A DNA stretch of 44,049 nucleotides from Octopus bimaculoides. Its lineage: Eukaryota. Numbering within the stretch: the stretch's first letter is position 1; every line of letters begins with the position of its first letter. The translations under genes and the position numbers were made by a program. The notes beneath the pieces were generated by a model. That model saw nothing but the letters and a program-made list of their open reading frames with translations, had not been told where the DNA came from and did not search any database. This document shows positions 21,690 to 33,914 of the stretch, one piece after another. The DNA is taken from the NCBI RefSeq assembly GCF_001194135.2, contig NC_068999.1, positions 28,194,029-28,238,077 on the forward strand. The letters are read 5' to 3'.

Positions 21690-24100
21690 TTTATATTTTA
21701 CTCTTGTGGCTTTGCTGGTGTCTGATGAGTCTAGTGCTTGATAAGCATAAACATCTGCAGATACTGCAAACCAAGTATTCTACTTGAAAAATGTGTCTTT
21801 TTTTTTCTTTGAAGATATTCACTCCTTTGTTTCTTCCATTGGTTGTGATGACAAGCATTGCTTTCCTACATGACAACCCATTTTTCACATGCCTTGAAGA
21901 TTTTACAGAATCCTTAAATTGGAGTCTTATTTCCACAGGGGACACTTTCCACAAACAAGTTTGCTGTATCTGCTTAGGGGTCCTTTGATCATTCATCCAA
22001 ACAAGATATCTTGTTCAATGTAATTGGTGCTTGTGCAGTATTACCTCAATACTCAGGATGTTGACTCTCCTCAAGACTTCGGTGTCTGGAATTTGCAAGG
22101 ATTAACCAACATGCCGAATATGTCTCAGACGTCTCTGATGGAAACATTCAAGGAACATTACATGATGCCTGTAGAGAGTCCATGTCTCACATGAGTGAAG
22201 GATTGATGTCAGCACACATGCATGGTACAGAGCAGCTTTCATTTGCTTTGTGATGCCATGTTGGTATCAGACACAAGACCCAAGAGCCCTTCTGAAGCCT
22301 TAAAAATATTTTATCATCCAAGGTGCAAGAGTAGTTGAGTGTGCAAATTTGTCTACCACTTTCAGTACTGTTCTTTTAACTAAGATAGATGGTTTCACAT
22401 ATGGGTTTCATGGCACAGGCAGAAACATTACAACAGTCTTGTCCTGGTTAATGCTGAGTCCAAATGTCTTGCATGATGCAGAAATATGATCCATGAGAAT
22501 TGGCATAGCTTCAGCTGTATGAGTAACCGAGTCACAATCATCCGCATAAAGGTGGTCATGAATAAGAGCCTGAAACATTTTAAAATTGGCAACAATTTGA
22601 AGAGACAACCAGACGGTACTTTACCTGTATTTCAGAAGAGCAATCTGCAGGAAAAGCATGTGTGAGAGTAACACAAAATGGAAATCGATTGACACTATTC
22701 TCTACAGGAATGTGTCTGACCTTGCTACTATCAGCATTGACCCATGACGGCATCTCATCATGAAACAATTTAATTATTGATACAAAGTGACCTGGACAAC
22801 TAAGTTTGCTGAGTATTTTCCACAAGGAGGCCCTATTCACAGTATCAAAGGCTTTGATTAAATGAATGAAAATCTGGACAAGATCCATATTCTACTCATA
22901 GCACTTCTGCATATGTCTTGCTGTGAAAATCAGATCAACTGTCCCTCTACCAGAATGGAAATCACATTAAGATTCAGATAGGATGTCATTTACAAAGTAT
23001 TATTCAGGTATACAAGAGGGATACTTGCCAGAACCTTGCCAGCAATATTTTTATGGTTGCCACCCTTTATTTTGACTCACTTTCCTTTATGAGAAAAAGG
23101 ATAATTGCATCCTTCTAGTTCTTAGAAACAGCACTACTCTCCAGACTACACTAATAAGCTTGTAACATTTCTGTGTGATATCTCAGCACAAATCCCATCT
23201 TTACCAGGTACTTTATCAAAATTCAACTTATTTATTACTGTTACTACTACTATTGAAGGTGCAAAATCCAAGAAGCCTGTAACAGGTCTTTGTTGAATAG
23301 TATCAATTACAGCGTTCAGAAAGATATTCAATCCAGTGACCTGTAATTTCTCTTGATTTAGTAAGTAGAATAGAGCCCTCCTTAGATAGGCTCATATATT
23401 TACTTCATAAGATAGTAGAGCTTTTTGCTGTCATTTGCATCAGTGGCAGCTTGAATATAAGATCTTCACACCAAATGTTCTGCATCTTCCTGAGTTATCG
23501 CTGCAGTAGGAATTTTGTATTCTTATAATGGGATTCTTCCGCCCATCTTAGAACCCTCTGTGCAATACTACATTTGTGAACATTGAGAAACTGCCACAGA
23601 AACAGTGATACTGAAATACTCTGACTAAGAAGTAGAGTCTTAAGATCAGTGGAGACAGCCTTTGAATGTCATATAGTCTCAGGCAGGACTTGCTAAACAG
23701 CAGCAGTAAAAGTACATACATAGTAATTTAATGCTAAAAAGCAAATAAAACAACCATATTGGAAGTGTATGTCCTCACATACACCCACAAAACAACTGAT
23801 CTAACATACTCCAAAGAGTAAAATATCTACTAAACAAAAGAGACAGTGAAGCCCTTGGAACCCCAATATGTAACCGAAAATGTAAATTATGTCACATTTC
23901 TGTGAAAGACATTACATTTGTGATTAGCAGCTGCCCAGAAATGTCATGAATGTACTATGTTCCTATGTGACATGACATTGTCACTAAAACAATATACAAT
24001 GCCATCCTGACAAAAGACTGTCTTGTATTAAATTGAATACATACATAAAAATTGACTCTAGGAATATTGGTTGAACATTCCCATCAAAACTTCTAGCAAG
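21690..24100 (-). mobile_element. Decayed RTE-BovB-like LINE (partial APE, RT, C-terminal C2H2)
   Basis: KAFDTVNRASLWKIL, HLYADDCD..FGLSINQDKTVVM, MNDQRTPKQI, CSICRCLC..RLIRHQQSH; weak APE remnant QLLITN near 23900. Confidence 0.8.
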
Positions 24101-24999
24101 TGTAACAGGTCAGGTGTTGTTTTGGACAGATAAGAAAACACAGGGACCATCATACAGAGTAGCTACCCTGTTTATATAAATATCTCTTAAAAATCAAAGA
24201 GAAAGAGAATAACTATGGACAACTGCTTTGAAACACCCAGATTCTATACTCAGATTATAAATTCATATGTATACCAATAATAATTTTTGTGCTTGGTTTG
24301 GTGAGTAAATGCCTAAGTGACAATCTTGATAAGCTAGGGTTCTCAGAAAAATAAATCAACCAGCTAATTCCCACATTGCAAATATAGTCTGTAAGTGGAA
24401 CAGTAAAAATGTAACAAACGTTTTCTCAAGTTTAAAATGTGAATTTGTTTTTGCTATCTGTATTCCAAGGTGGAGTTGTGTATCTTTGTTAGAAACCAGC
24501 TCCTTCCTGAAAGGAAGATCTCAGATAATTAAAAATAGAAGAGAACTACCACTTTTGTGGTCAAATTTCATACCTCACAACCAGCATGATTTAGTTTTAA
24601 AGATTATTATTGTGCTAAGAAATATACCAATTTTACTTGGTGACTGAACTTCAGATTTGCAAATTGGGCTAGTGACAGTTGTTAAAGTATAAACTACCTA
24701 GATTTCTATATTTATCACAGACCGATCTTGTTAGCCTGGTTAGGAAGAGACCTTATGAAGTATTTCACCAGGACCCTTGATCCCATTTTCGTTTGATATT
24801 TGAATACACAGACAGCTTCATGTGCTTACAGTGAATACAGAAATTATACATTTCCACATCACTTAAAGATATGTCATGACCATCAAGAAAAATGGAAGAG
24901 TCTCATTGTTAACACCAACTCCTTTATATGACATATAAGATGGAGAGCCTATCATTTCAATAAAGCTAATGAAATTGGTATGTATGCCTGTAATGAGGA

Positions 25000-27900
25000 T
25001 AACATTAAGCAAGAATTTAGATGTAGAAAGAACCCACTCCTTGCAGCTTTTGAGAATGAACTATAAACATCTGCTCCTTGCAGCTTTTGAGGACAAATTG
25101 TAAATATCTTCAAGAACATCAAGTTCTATAAATTCCCATTGCAAAGAAATGGAGCATTTAAGAAAACTGCACCTCCTGACCAAGGAACTTAAAAAGAAGT
25201 CTGGAATTCTTGTCCATGCTGATAAGACTAGTAATTTTCATAATTTGAGCTATCACTTGTATAAACATCTTATTAGGAAAGAAATATTAAGGGATTATTT
25301 GGTTGCCACTGAGTTTGTCTTCAGTAACAACTAAATTGGAAAGGATATTGTAAGTAAATTATATATAGAAGACAACACTGAACCATATTCTCCTAGGATA
25401 CCCAGGTTAAACTTGAAGGACTTAAACCCAACGGTATAACTAGTCCCACAGTTAGATTGTCAATTGTATATAACTATCAATAATTTACTTCCTCTCCACA
25501 AGTCTCATTTACACTTAAGCAAGTAATTAAATTTGACCTATAAAGTTATGGATTTATTTAAAACAATCAAGATTAATTTAATTTATTCAAATAGATATCT
25601 AGTTGTTATTCAATCATTAACCCAATTTTACTGAACAAGGTGCTCATCTTGGCAATGAAAAATTCTAATTCATACAAGCATGAAGTTGATATTATTTTAG
25701 AAGCTAGGGTGTGGGTAAAAGAATTTGAAGGTAAATATTGGTCCAGAAAGGACAGACCTAATAATCTTGATATAACTACGGGGTCAGGTGTCTCTGCACG
25801 AGTAAATAATTTAGTAGAAATATACATATTACACTGCTTAAATTGGGAATTTCTTGAATTGGTTGGGTGAATCATAGAGAGATGATGCATTATTTACTAT
25901 CTATATTTGTAGCAAAGCTAACTTTGAATGATATAGGGAAAATCTTTTAAAAGTTGTAAAGGATTAGGGCTATCCATCTCAATAGAGAAGGAATATAGTA
26001 AAGTAAATTTTCTAAATGTTACCCTAAACCTTAGTACTATATCACAAGCCTTAAATATATGTCAAAAATCCAATCCCAGATCAATTACAAATTTTATAGT
26101 TCAGTGAGTCTTGCTTTGATTCTCTAAGTTTTAAGCTAATGAGGAAATTTTCAACCAATCTGAAAAGCATTATAACTTAGCTGTGGCAGATGCAAAATAT
26201 AAAGAAAAGATTTAATACATCCCTAATAGTGAAATAGATAAGGATGTAAAAGTAAAACAACAAGCAAGTAATGACAACTCCCATAGCAATCAAATTAGAA
26301 ATTCTAGAATATGTTTTAATAGCTGGAATAGAAAAATTAATAAAAATAAAGATAGTATAAATGAGGTAGTTGATATTGGATTATCCCCAGCTAATAGGAA
26401 CAGTGAATTGTTAAATGTGCAAGGAGTGATGTACCCTACATACAAGCATAACACCAGTAAGTCTACTGGAAAATCTAGGCTACCTATGAAATGCAATAGG
26501 AATAATGAAAATAATGCAAATATCAATAGGAGTAATTATAATACAAACCATAATGGGAAAATTACCAAGGATTATGATAAGATTATAATAATAGCCATAA
26601 TGAGATGAATAGTAATGAGTAAAGTAGACCTGTATGTGAATATAGCTAGATCAAGTAATTGTGGTATGAATTCTAAAAAGCAAAGGATTAGATTAATACA
26701 AATTATATAGTACTATTCACTATATGGTGCTCAAGTAGCCACTAATATACTGAGTAAATATAGCCTTGGTTATTCCTAACAAGATGGACTATAAAAAGAG
26801 TAAGATGTATAACCTGCATTAAACTATTAGGGGCTACTATTTATATGCTGTAGGGTTATAGGTACTATTTTGGGGTAGTGTTAGTATATCTAGTGTTATT
26901 TACAATAGTAAGAAATAGGCAATAGATATGGGTGGGTGTTAACATTTAAGACTTAGGAAAAGGGGAGGGGGTGGGTAGTTATTTGACTACCTACAGGAGC
27001 CTCTTAAATAACACTAGATATACTTACTCTACCCCATAATAGTACCTATAACCCCACAACATATAAATAGTTGCCCCTAATAGTTTAATGCAGGTTTACA
27101 TCTTACTCTTTTTATAGTCCATCTTGTTAGGAATAACCGAGGCTCTTGTAGGTAGTCAAATAACCAACCCCTCCTCTTACCCTTCTCCCAAGTTTCAAAT
27201 GTAACCTACCCACCCATATCTACTACCTATTTCTCACACCAATTTCCCCCATTTTATCATCACTTAACCCCTTGTATTATGCCTTTATTTCTACCATAAC
27301 TGATCCGAGAACACAAATTATTAGCCCTACATACATGTGAACAATATTTCCCCCATGTTTGACTTTTTCATCCTTTTCATTTTATTTTAATTTTTGTTAT
27401 ATGTTTTAGATTTTTTCTTTATTTTATTATACTTTATGCCAACAAGTATTTTTCTGCATCCACTTGGAGTTAATATACCTTTGCTTAGGATTTTAATGAT
27501 TAGATTCAATTAGTATTTCTCTCTTATCTTAAGGCATTTGTTTTTGCCTTTCAGGTATACTTAGTAAATTGCTTGATTCAAGGTAACTTTTCTCATAGTA
27601 CTAATCTTCCTGTGGACCTGACATTAGTTGTACCCATTAGTGCCATTATATTCTTTTAAATTGGTTTATAATAAGAGGAACTATATACTTTAATGACTAT
27701 GTAATGCCTATGAAGCTTACTTAGGACATTGCTGATAATTAGAGAGTTGCATTTTTGGATATTATTTCAGCATGTGACTTGGCCTTAGACATTATCCACC
27801 TAATTGTAAGTGCCATTTTATTTGTGCATTGCAGAGCACCTTTCGGATGAATTTTGCTTACATACTTGTGTATACCCAATTATTACTACAATGTGCTATA

Positions 27901-28690
27901 TATGAGGTTTAGCCCAATTTCATTCTCTAGCAGTGTTCATCTAACCACTGAATTGTCAGTATTAGTTGCCTCCCCTTAACCACTAACCTGCAGACTCCCT
28001 AGTTCTTCCCTCATGCATGTTGTAGTCTTAAGATGCTGAAGGACATAAATGGCCCTCAATATCTATGCGTTGACTTATCCACTGTTTCTTTTTTCTTTGC
28101 CTGCTTATTTCATAAACATATCATTTGTAACTGTTTCAACTTGTGACCCCGGTTCAAATTGTAACTGACCAATTGTAGAGACCGCTGGACTTAGACTTGA
28201 CCCATTGTGGATCATAGGTGGGATTCTTGGTATTAATTTCTGTAAGTAAAATTTTTTTTTAGCTCCCTAAGATAATTGTTTACTTTTACTTGAGTTTACT
28301 CCGTTAGCATAGGTATTGCCCTTTCATAATCATGTTAGTATTTTCCTTATATATAGTTTCTTAATAACTTCTTTTATTAAACACCCCGACCCCCACCCCC
28401 CACCCTCGCCTTAATATTGCACCTATCCATTAATAAATTGTAGTATTCCCTTAACCATTACTAGCTCACTCTTTTACCTACCGACCCTGTAGCCCTGATG
28501 GTAAATAATTATTTGCTCTTAACATATTGGGCTTCTAGACAGTTTGTCTAAGCCATGTTTTCTTTCCTTTTCTTTCTTCCATTTATTTATATTATATGCT
28601 CTTGTTTTCCACTCTGATGAAGATCCGTTGCCTTAATTAAAATGCCCTATGAAGGTGAAGAATTTTATTCTTGCATTTATGTATAGACTG
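25000..28690 (+). mobile_element. Decayed Penelope-like element (RT, Asn-rich linker, inverted segment, long 3' region)
   Basis: HADKTSNF and LDITTGSGVSARVNNLVEIYILHCLN align with the intact RT at 41548-42630; Asn-rich 26250-26600; 27005 onward is similar to the post-endonuclease region at 32240 onward. Confidence 0.75.
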
Positions 28691-28695
28691 CATTT

Positions 28696-29454
28696 GGATC
28701 TTTCTGATTTGACGGGTACCACTTGTTTTCTTAACGAAACACTTTCAAACTTGGGATACTGGTAGAATGTGTCATATAAAACAACTTTTTCTCTTAGCCT
28801 TCTTAACAAAAAATTGTACATCGCAAGTTATTTCATGTTAAAGTTGTCATATTTCTGTAATTTCAACCAATCACTGACATCTATTCAGCTGAATACAGTT
28901 ACTGCTGTTTTTGTAAACAATAATTTTTGCCGGTGTCAAGAGTGTTATTCCCTGTTTAATTATATCATTATTCCCTAGTAAGGGTTTGGGGTTTTAGGGT
29001 TAGGGTTATGAGTGAGGTTATGGCAGAAATAATCATAACCCTAACCGTAACCCTAAGACTAACCCTAACTCTAAAACCTGAACCCTAACCCTAAAACCCT
29101 AAAGATAAAACCAGTACAAACGCAAGAACAATGTCATCAATAACAGTACTACCGATAGTTGCTGTTGACAAACTACGGCACTAATTTTATTCAAGGGAAA
29201 AGATCCCATGACACCGTTAGAACATGTTGTTTACATTCCACGGCAGTAATTGTTTTCACTTCAATAGACGTCAGTGATTGGTTGAAATTACCGAAATATG
29301 ACAATTTTTTACATGAAATAACTTCGAATACAAAATTTTTTATCTGTTCTATAACACAAAATATACAAGTATACGAAGTTTGAAAGTGTTTCGGTACCAA
29401 AAACACTACATAAAACATAAATGAAAAGTGTTGCCTGTCAAATCAGAAAGATCC
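28696..29454. mobile_element. 759-bp Merlin-like non-autonomous DNA transposon with central telomere-like repeats
   Basis: Termini GGATCTTTCTGATTTGAC / GTCAAATCAGAAAGATCC; perfect 8-bp TSD CTGCATTT (28688-28695, 29455-29462); imperfect TIRs of roughly 250 bp. 5'-GG ends with an 8-bp TSD fit the Merlin superfamily. Confidence 0.85.
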
Positions 29455-29761
29455 CTGCATTTTGGCAATCTGATCCGTAATGGCCGTAAGATATGTTATG
29501 TCACCTATTTGGTTATGTCATGTTTTCTTTAAAGAATAAGCTATAAATGTGGTCCAACCGGTGTGTTGGTTAATCTGTGGTTTTCTCCATTTTCTAATTA
29601 TTTACATTGGTTCCTGATAAACTCTTGTTTATCCTGTTGTTATCTGCACTCTACATGTATGGCGTGCCTAAACAACATTGCCCAGGGATAATACATGGAA
29701 TGGATACTGATAGTATATACGAATATTTTATCCCTTAGATAGTTATTATAACCACTAACTA

Positions 29762-29775
29762 TATATGTATGTATA

Positions 29776-29824
<49 letters not shown>
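29762..29824. repeat. (TA)n/(TG)n microsatellite
   Basis: Direct reading. Confidence 0.9.
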
Positions 29825-29826
29825 CT

Positions 29827-31171
29827 CATCATCATTGTTGAACGTCCGCTTTCCATGCTAGCATGGGTTGGATGATTTGACTGAGGACTAGTGAACCAGA
29901 TGGCTGCACCAGGCTCCAATCTGATCTGGCAGAGATTCTACAGCTCGATGCCCTTCCTAACACCAACCACTCCGAGAGTGTAGTGGGTGCTTTTACGTGC
30001 CACTGGCACGAGGGCCAGTCAGGTGGTACTGGCAACAGCCATGCTCAAGTGGTGTTTTTTACGTGCCACCTGCACAGGAGAAAGTCCAGCGGCACTGGGA
30101 ACAACTTCGCTCAAATGTTTTTTCACGTGCCACCAGCACAAGTGCAAGTGAGGCAAAGCTGGTAATGATCATGCTCAAATGGTGCTTTTTATGTGTCACT
30201 GGCACAGAAGCCAGTCAGCTGCTCTGGCAGTGATCACGCTTGGTGCTCTTAGTGCTCCACTGACACGGGTGCTAGTCATCAAATTTGCGAATTTGATTTG
30301 ATTTCGATTTCACTTGCCCCAACAGGTCTTCGCAAGCTGAGTTTAGTGTCCGATGAAGGAAAGGTATGCATAAGTGGGCTGGTTACACCCCTGGCATAGG
30401 CCACGGGTTATTGTCTCACTTGGCTTGCCAGGTCTTCTCACGCACTGCATATTTCCAAAGGTCTCGGTCACTAGTCATTGCCTCGGTGAGGCCTAATGTT
30501 TGAAGGTCGTGCTTCACTACCTCATCCCAGGTCTTCCTGGGTCTAGCTCTTCCACAGGTTCCCTCAACCGCTAGGATGTGGCAACTTTTCACACAGCTAT
30601 CCTCATCCATTCTCGCCACATGATCATACCAGCGCAGTCGTTTCTTTTTCACACCACATCTGATGCTCCTTAGGTGCAACTTTTCTCTCAAGGTACTTAC
30701 ACTCTGTCGAGTATACACACTGACACTACACATCCATCGGAGCATACTGGCTTCATTCCTTGCAAGATTATGTATGTCCTCTGCAGTCACGGCCCATGTT
30801 TCACTGCTATGTAGCATGGCTGTTCGTACACATGTGTCATACAGTCTACCTTTTACTCTGAGTGAGAGGCCTTTTGTCACAAGCAGAGGTAAGAGCTCTT
30901 TAAACTTTGCCCCTGCTACTAACGTGGTCACCTAGGTAATGGAAGCTATCAACTACTTCTACTTTTCCTCCCTGGAATGTGGCGGAAATTGTTCTCTGCA
31001 CATTTTCAGTGTTTATTGCTCCTGAGCATCTGCCACATATCATTGGCAAATTTTTTCTGCTTCCCCTCTGGCTAAATAAACCTGTCTCCTAGCTTCCCTT
31101 CTGGCAGTCTGATACAATTCCCTGCTACCACCATTCTTCCAGTCTTTCCAAACCTGTTTCTTTTCTCTAAC
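29827..31171 (-). mobile_element. RTE-clade LINE 3' fragment with large internal deletion
   Basis: ORF 30416-30931 (KGRLYDTCVRTAMLHSSETW..RLRWYDHVARM..GRARPRKTW); (GAT)n tail; repeat-rich 3' UTR; 31040-31171 encodes a probable EN-RT linker (VREKKQVWKDWK) joined directly to the late RT. Confidence 0.9.
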
Positions 31172-31189
31172 ATATATATATATATATAA

Positions 31190-31745
31190 GAAAACAAAAA
31201 TGGAACAAGAACGTAGCATTTGACAAAACATTCGGACAGTTAGATGATACAAAAAATGACAGGAAAAAACAAAGACGGATCTTTCAGAGCTTTCAATCTT
31301 CAGTCGAGTACCAGATTGTCTTTGCAGTTTCGGCTGGTTACTCTCAAGACTGCTCTAATCTTTGCACTAGATTCTTTGGAAATAAGCAAGCGAATGTATA
31401 CGAAAACAAGGACAGAAAACACAGAGAAAGGGTATACAATTACAAATACAAACAAATACAAACAAAAACAAACAAAAAGACATTAACAACAGGTTGTCTT
31501 TCAATTAAGGACAAATTAAATTAAGCTGGCATGTGTGGAAGTGAAGGAAGCCTTTTGGCAGGAGCATACAAGATGAAAGTCATGGGAAGGAATATAAGAG
31601 ATGCTACACACATGGTAGTCAAACGAAGAAGGAAAGGTCAGGCTTGGCCAAACACTGATCACATGGAAAGAGAGGAGAGAGGTGGGGGTAGAGGGATTGA
31701 AGAATTAGGGAGGGTTGAGAAAGAGAAAAATAGGAAAGGGACAGT
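31190..31745 (-). mobile_element. Possible PLE-type 3' terminal repeat fragment
   Basis: Purine-rich plus strand and a degenerate CAGCCGAAAC / CTGAAGA...GAAA...GTC arrangement on the minus strand; no ORF support. Confidence 0.3.
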
Positions 31746-31747
<2 letters not shown>

Positions 31748-31791
<44 letters not shown>

Positions 31792-31882
31792 TGTGTGTGT
31801 GTAAATATATATGTGTATATATATATATGTATGTGTGTGTGTATATATATATATATATACACACACATATACATACATACAC
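31748..31882. repeat. Compound TA/CA/TG microsatellite
   Basis: Direct reading. Confidence 0.9.
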
Positions 31883-33450
31883 ACTTGTACAATTAAGGAC
31901 GTAATTTACCAGCACGTTCACAACAGTAAAATGAGTTACATAGGAGGTACCCAAAATGAGATGAGATGTAGACTAGCCACACATCAGCATTCTTTTAGAA
32001 ATAGAAACAATTAACTTGACTGGATTAAGTAAGTATATTTGGGAACTCAAAGATAGTGATATTAGCTTCACATTAGAATGGGAGATCCTTGCTACTGCAC
32101 CTTCATATAATGTAAAAAGTAGGAAATGTTACTGTTGCATTAATGAAATTTTTTTCATTCTAACACCACGGAACCCACTATTGAACCTAAGAGAGGAGAG
32201 AAATGCAGCTTGCCTGCATGAAAGGAGGTCCACTTTCATTAATATTAGAAACCCTTATACTACCCCAAAATAGTACCAAGAACCCCACACCATAGAAATA
32301 GTAGCCCTTGATAGTAATTTGAAGGCTATGCATTTACTCCTTAATTAAAGTTAGTTTCCTAGTAGTAATGCTGGGGCTCTTGCAGGTATTCTGAGTTTAG
32401 GTCTTACCCCCCATACATATCGACCACCTAGATGTTATACCAATTAAGCCCTTGTAATACCAGATACTTCATTCATGAACTTGTTTGACAACACAGAGGA
32501 CATATGTATTCAACTACAATGTTATAACCCCTAATAACTAATTCTAATTTTTATTTTAAATTTTAACTTTATTTATTTACTTTTTTATCTTCCAGTACCT
32601 TTCATACCATGGATGTGCTTGTTGGTACTTACTGTAATCTGGACTTAATTCTCTACCAACTTATTGGTCTTCCTCCACTTAAAATAGACCTTATTAGTCC
32701 TACCCACTTGGAAACAACATTACTCCCCACCCCATAGGATTTATTTTATTTTATTGAACTCAATGTTATCTTTTTCCACTATAGATTGTATGGGTCTGCA
32801 CTTGGGTACTACAGTTGTTGTACTTACCAGGAGATATTTGTAAACTTTGGGTTTACTATGTAGGATTGAAAGTGTAATTTGTTGGTGGATCTAGTATGAC
32901 TGCACCCACGTAAGGGTCACTATAATTTTTAGATTATTAAATTTAATGATATGAACAATATAACTTTTAGGATAAAGTAATGCATACTAAGTATATTTAG
33001 TAAACTATTTGAACATGTGAATTATATTCATTAACATGCGATTTCGTCTTAAGTCTTAATCGCTTAAATGTTAGTGGTTTTCTGATTTTGTGTACCTATC
33101 AGATGGAATTTTCTTAGATACATGTACACATTTACTTGTTTGTCCATTATTGCCATCACTCAAATTTTATTTGCTATCTACGATGTAAAATCCAACCTTA
33201 TTTTAGTAGGTATTTTATTTTTATATATATTATGTAAAATCTAGTTGTCTCCCCTTAACTATAAAAAATTATAGTATATTGTCTGTATTTATTCTTATTT
33301 ATGTTTTGTATCAAGAAGTTGCAGAAGGCCATAAGCGGCCTTGTACGTCTTATATCATACTCTTCTCCCCCTCACCTTTTATTTACTTGGTTTTCTTTTT
33401 TATTTACATATCCATTGAAACGGTTCTAACTTTTGCCCTTGGTTCAAATA
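31883..33450 (+). mobile_element. 5'-truncated Penelope-like element: GIY-YIG endonuclease plus about 1.1 kb 3' region
   Basis: CTIKDVIYQ...SYIGGTQNEMRCRLATHQHSFRN, then LSKYIWELKD..WEIL...KCYCCINE..LLN, with one frameshift or stop near 32014. Confidence 0.85.
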
Positions 33451-33543
33451 TAATTGACCAATAGTAGAGATGGATAGACTTTGGTCGGTGGTGTTCTCTG
33501 TAATGTACACTATCATAAGAACCGTCGGTATTGTTGTGGATAA

Positions 33544-33751
33544 ATATCAGCTAGCAATATTTACGATAACATAGTTACTGCTCACTTTATACACATCTTG
33601 GTAATTTTCTTGTATTATTTTTTTCCTAACTTCTTTCCACAACTTTTCAAACATCTCGGTCCACCCTTTATAATATGGAGATAACCCCAAATACAAGAAA
33701 ATTACCAAGATGTGTAGAAAGTGAGTTATCGTAAATATTGCTAGCTGATAT
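33544..33751. repeat. Inverted repeat, about 62-bp arms, about 73-bp spacer
   Basis: 33544-33616 is the reverse complement of 33690-33751 apart from one substitution and an insertion of about 11 bp. Confidence 0.85.
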
Positions 33752-33865
33752 TGTTTCTCTAGACCATTGCCAGATCACTCTGTTGCCTACTGACTTTGAA
33801 GCACTATGATGGAAGATGGTATGATTCTCATATATTTCGCCTCCAGGCTTCTTCTCTACACCATA

Positions 33866-33867
33866 TA

Positions 33868-33914
<47 letters not shown>

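Noticed and set aside
25036-25095. Short tandem duplications (CTCCTTGCAGCTTTTGAG here; ATGTCTTATTGAATATATG near 35087-35128)
   Set aside because: Ordinary local slippage duplications; not CRISPR-like (only two units, no spacer series, eukaryotic context).
28978-29100. True telomere-telomere fusion site
   Set aside because: The repeats are short, degenerate and enclosed by TIRs and a TSD, so they belong to a transposon.
31270-31360. Minus-strand CTGAAGA...GAAA...GTC and CAGCCGAAAC
   Set aside because: Stem II does not pair convincingly.
33310-33355. GGCC-ATAAGC-GGCC hairpin followed by ACGTC at the PLE 3' end (hammerhead position)
   Set aside because: Both catalytic core segments are too degenerate to call.
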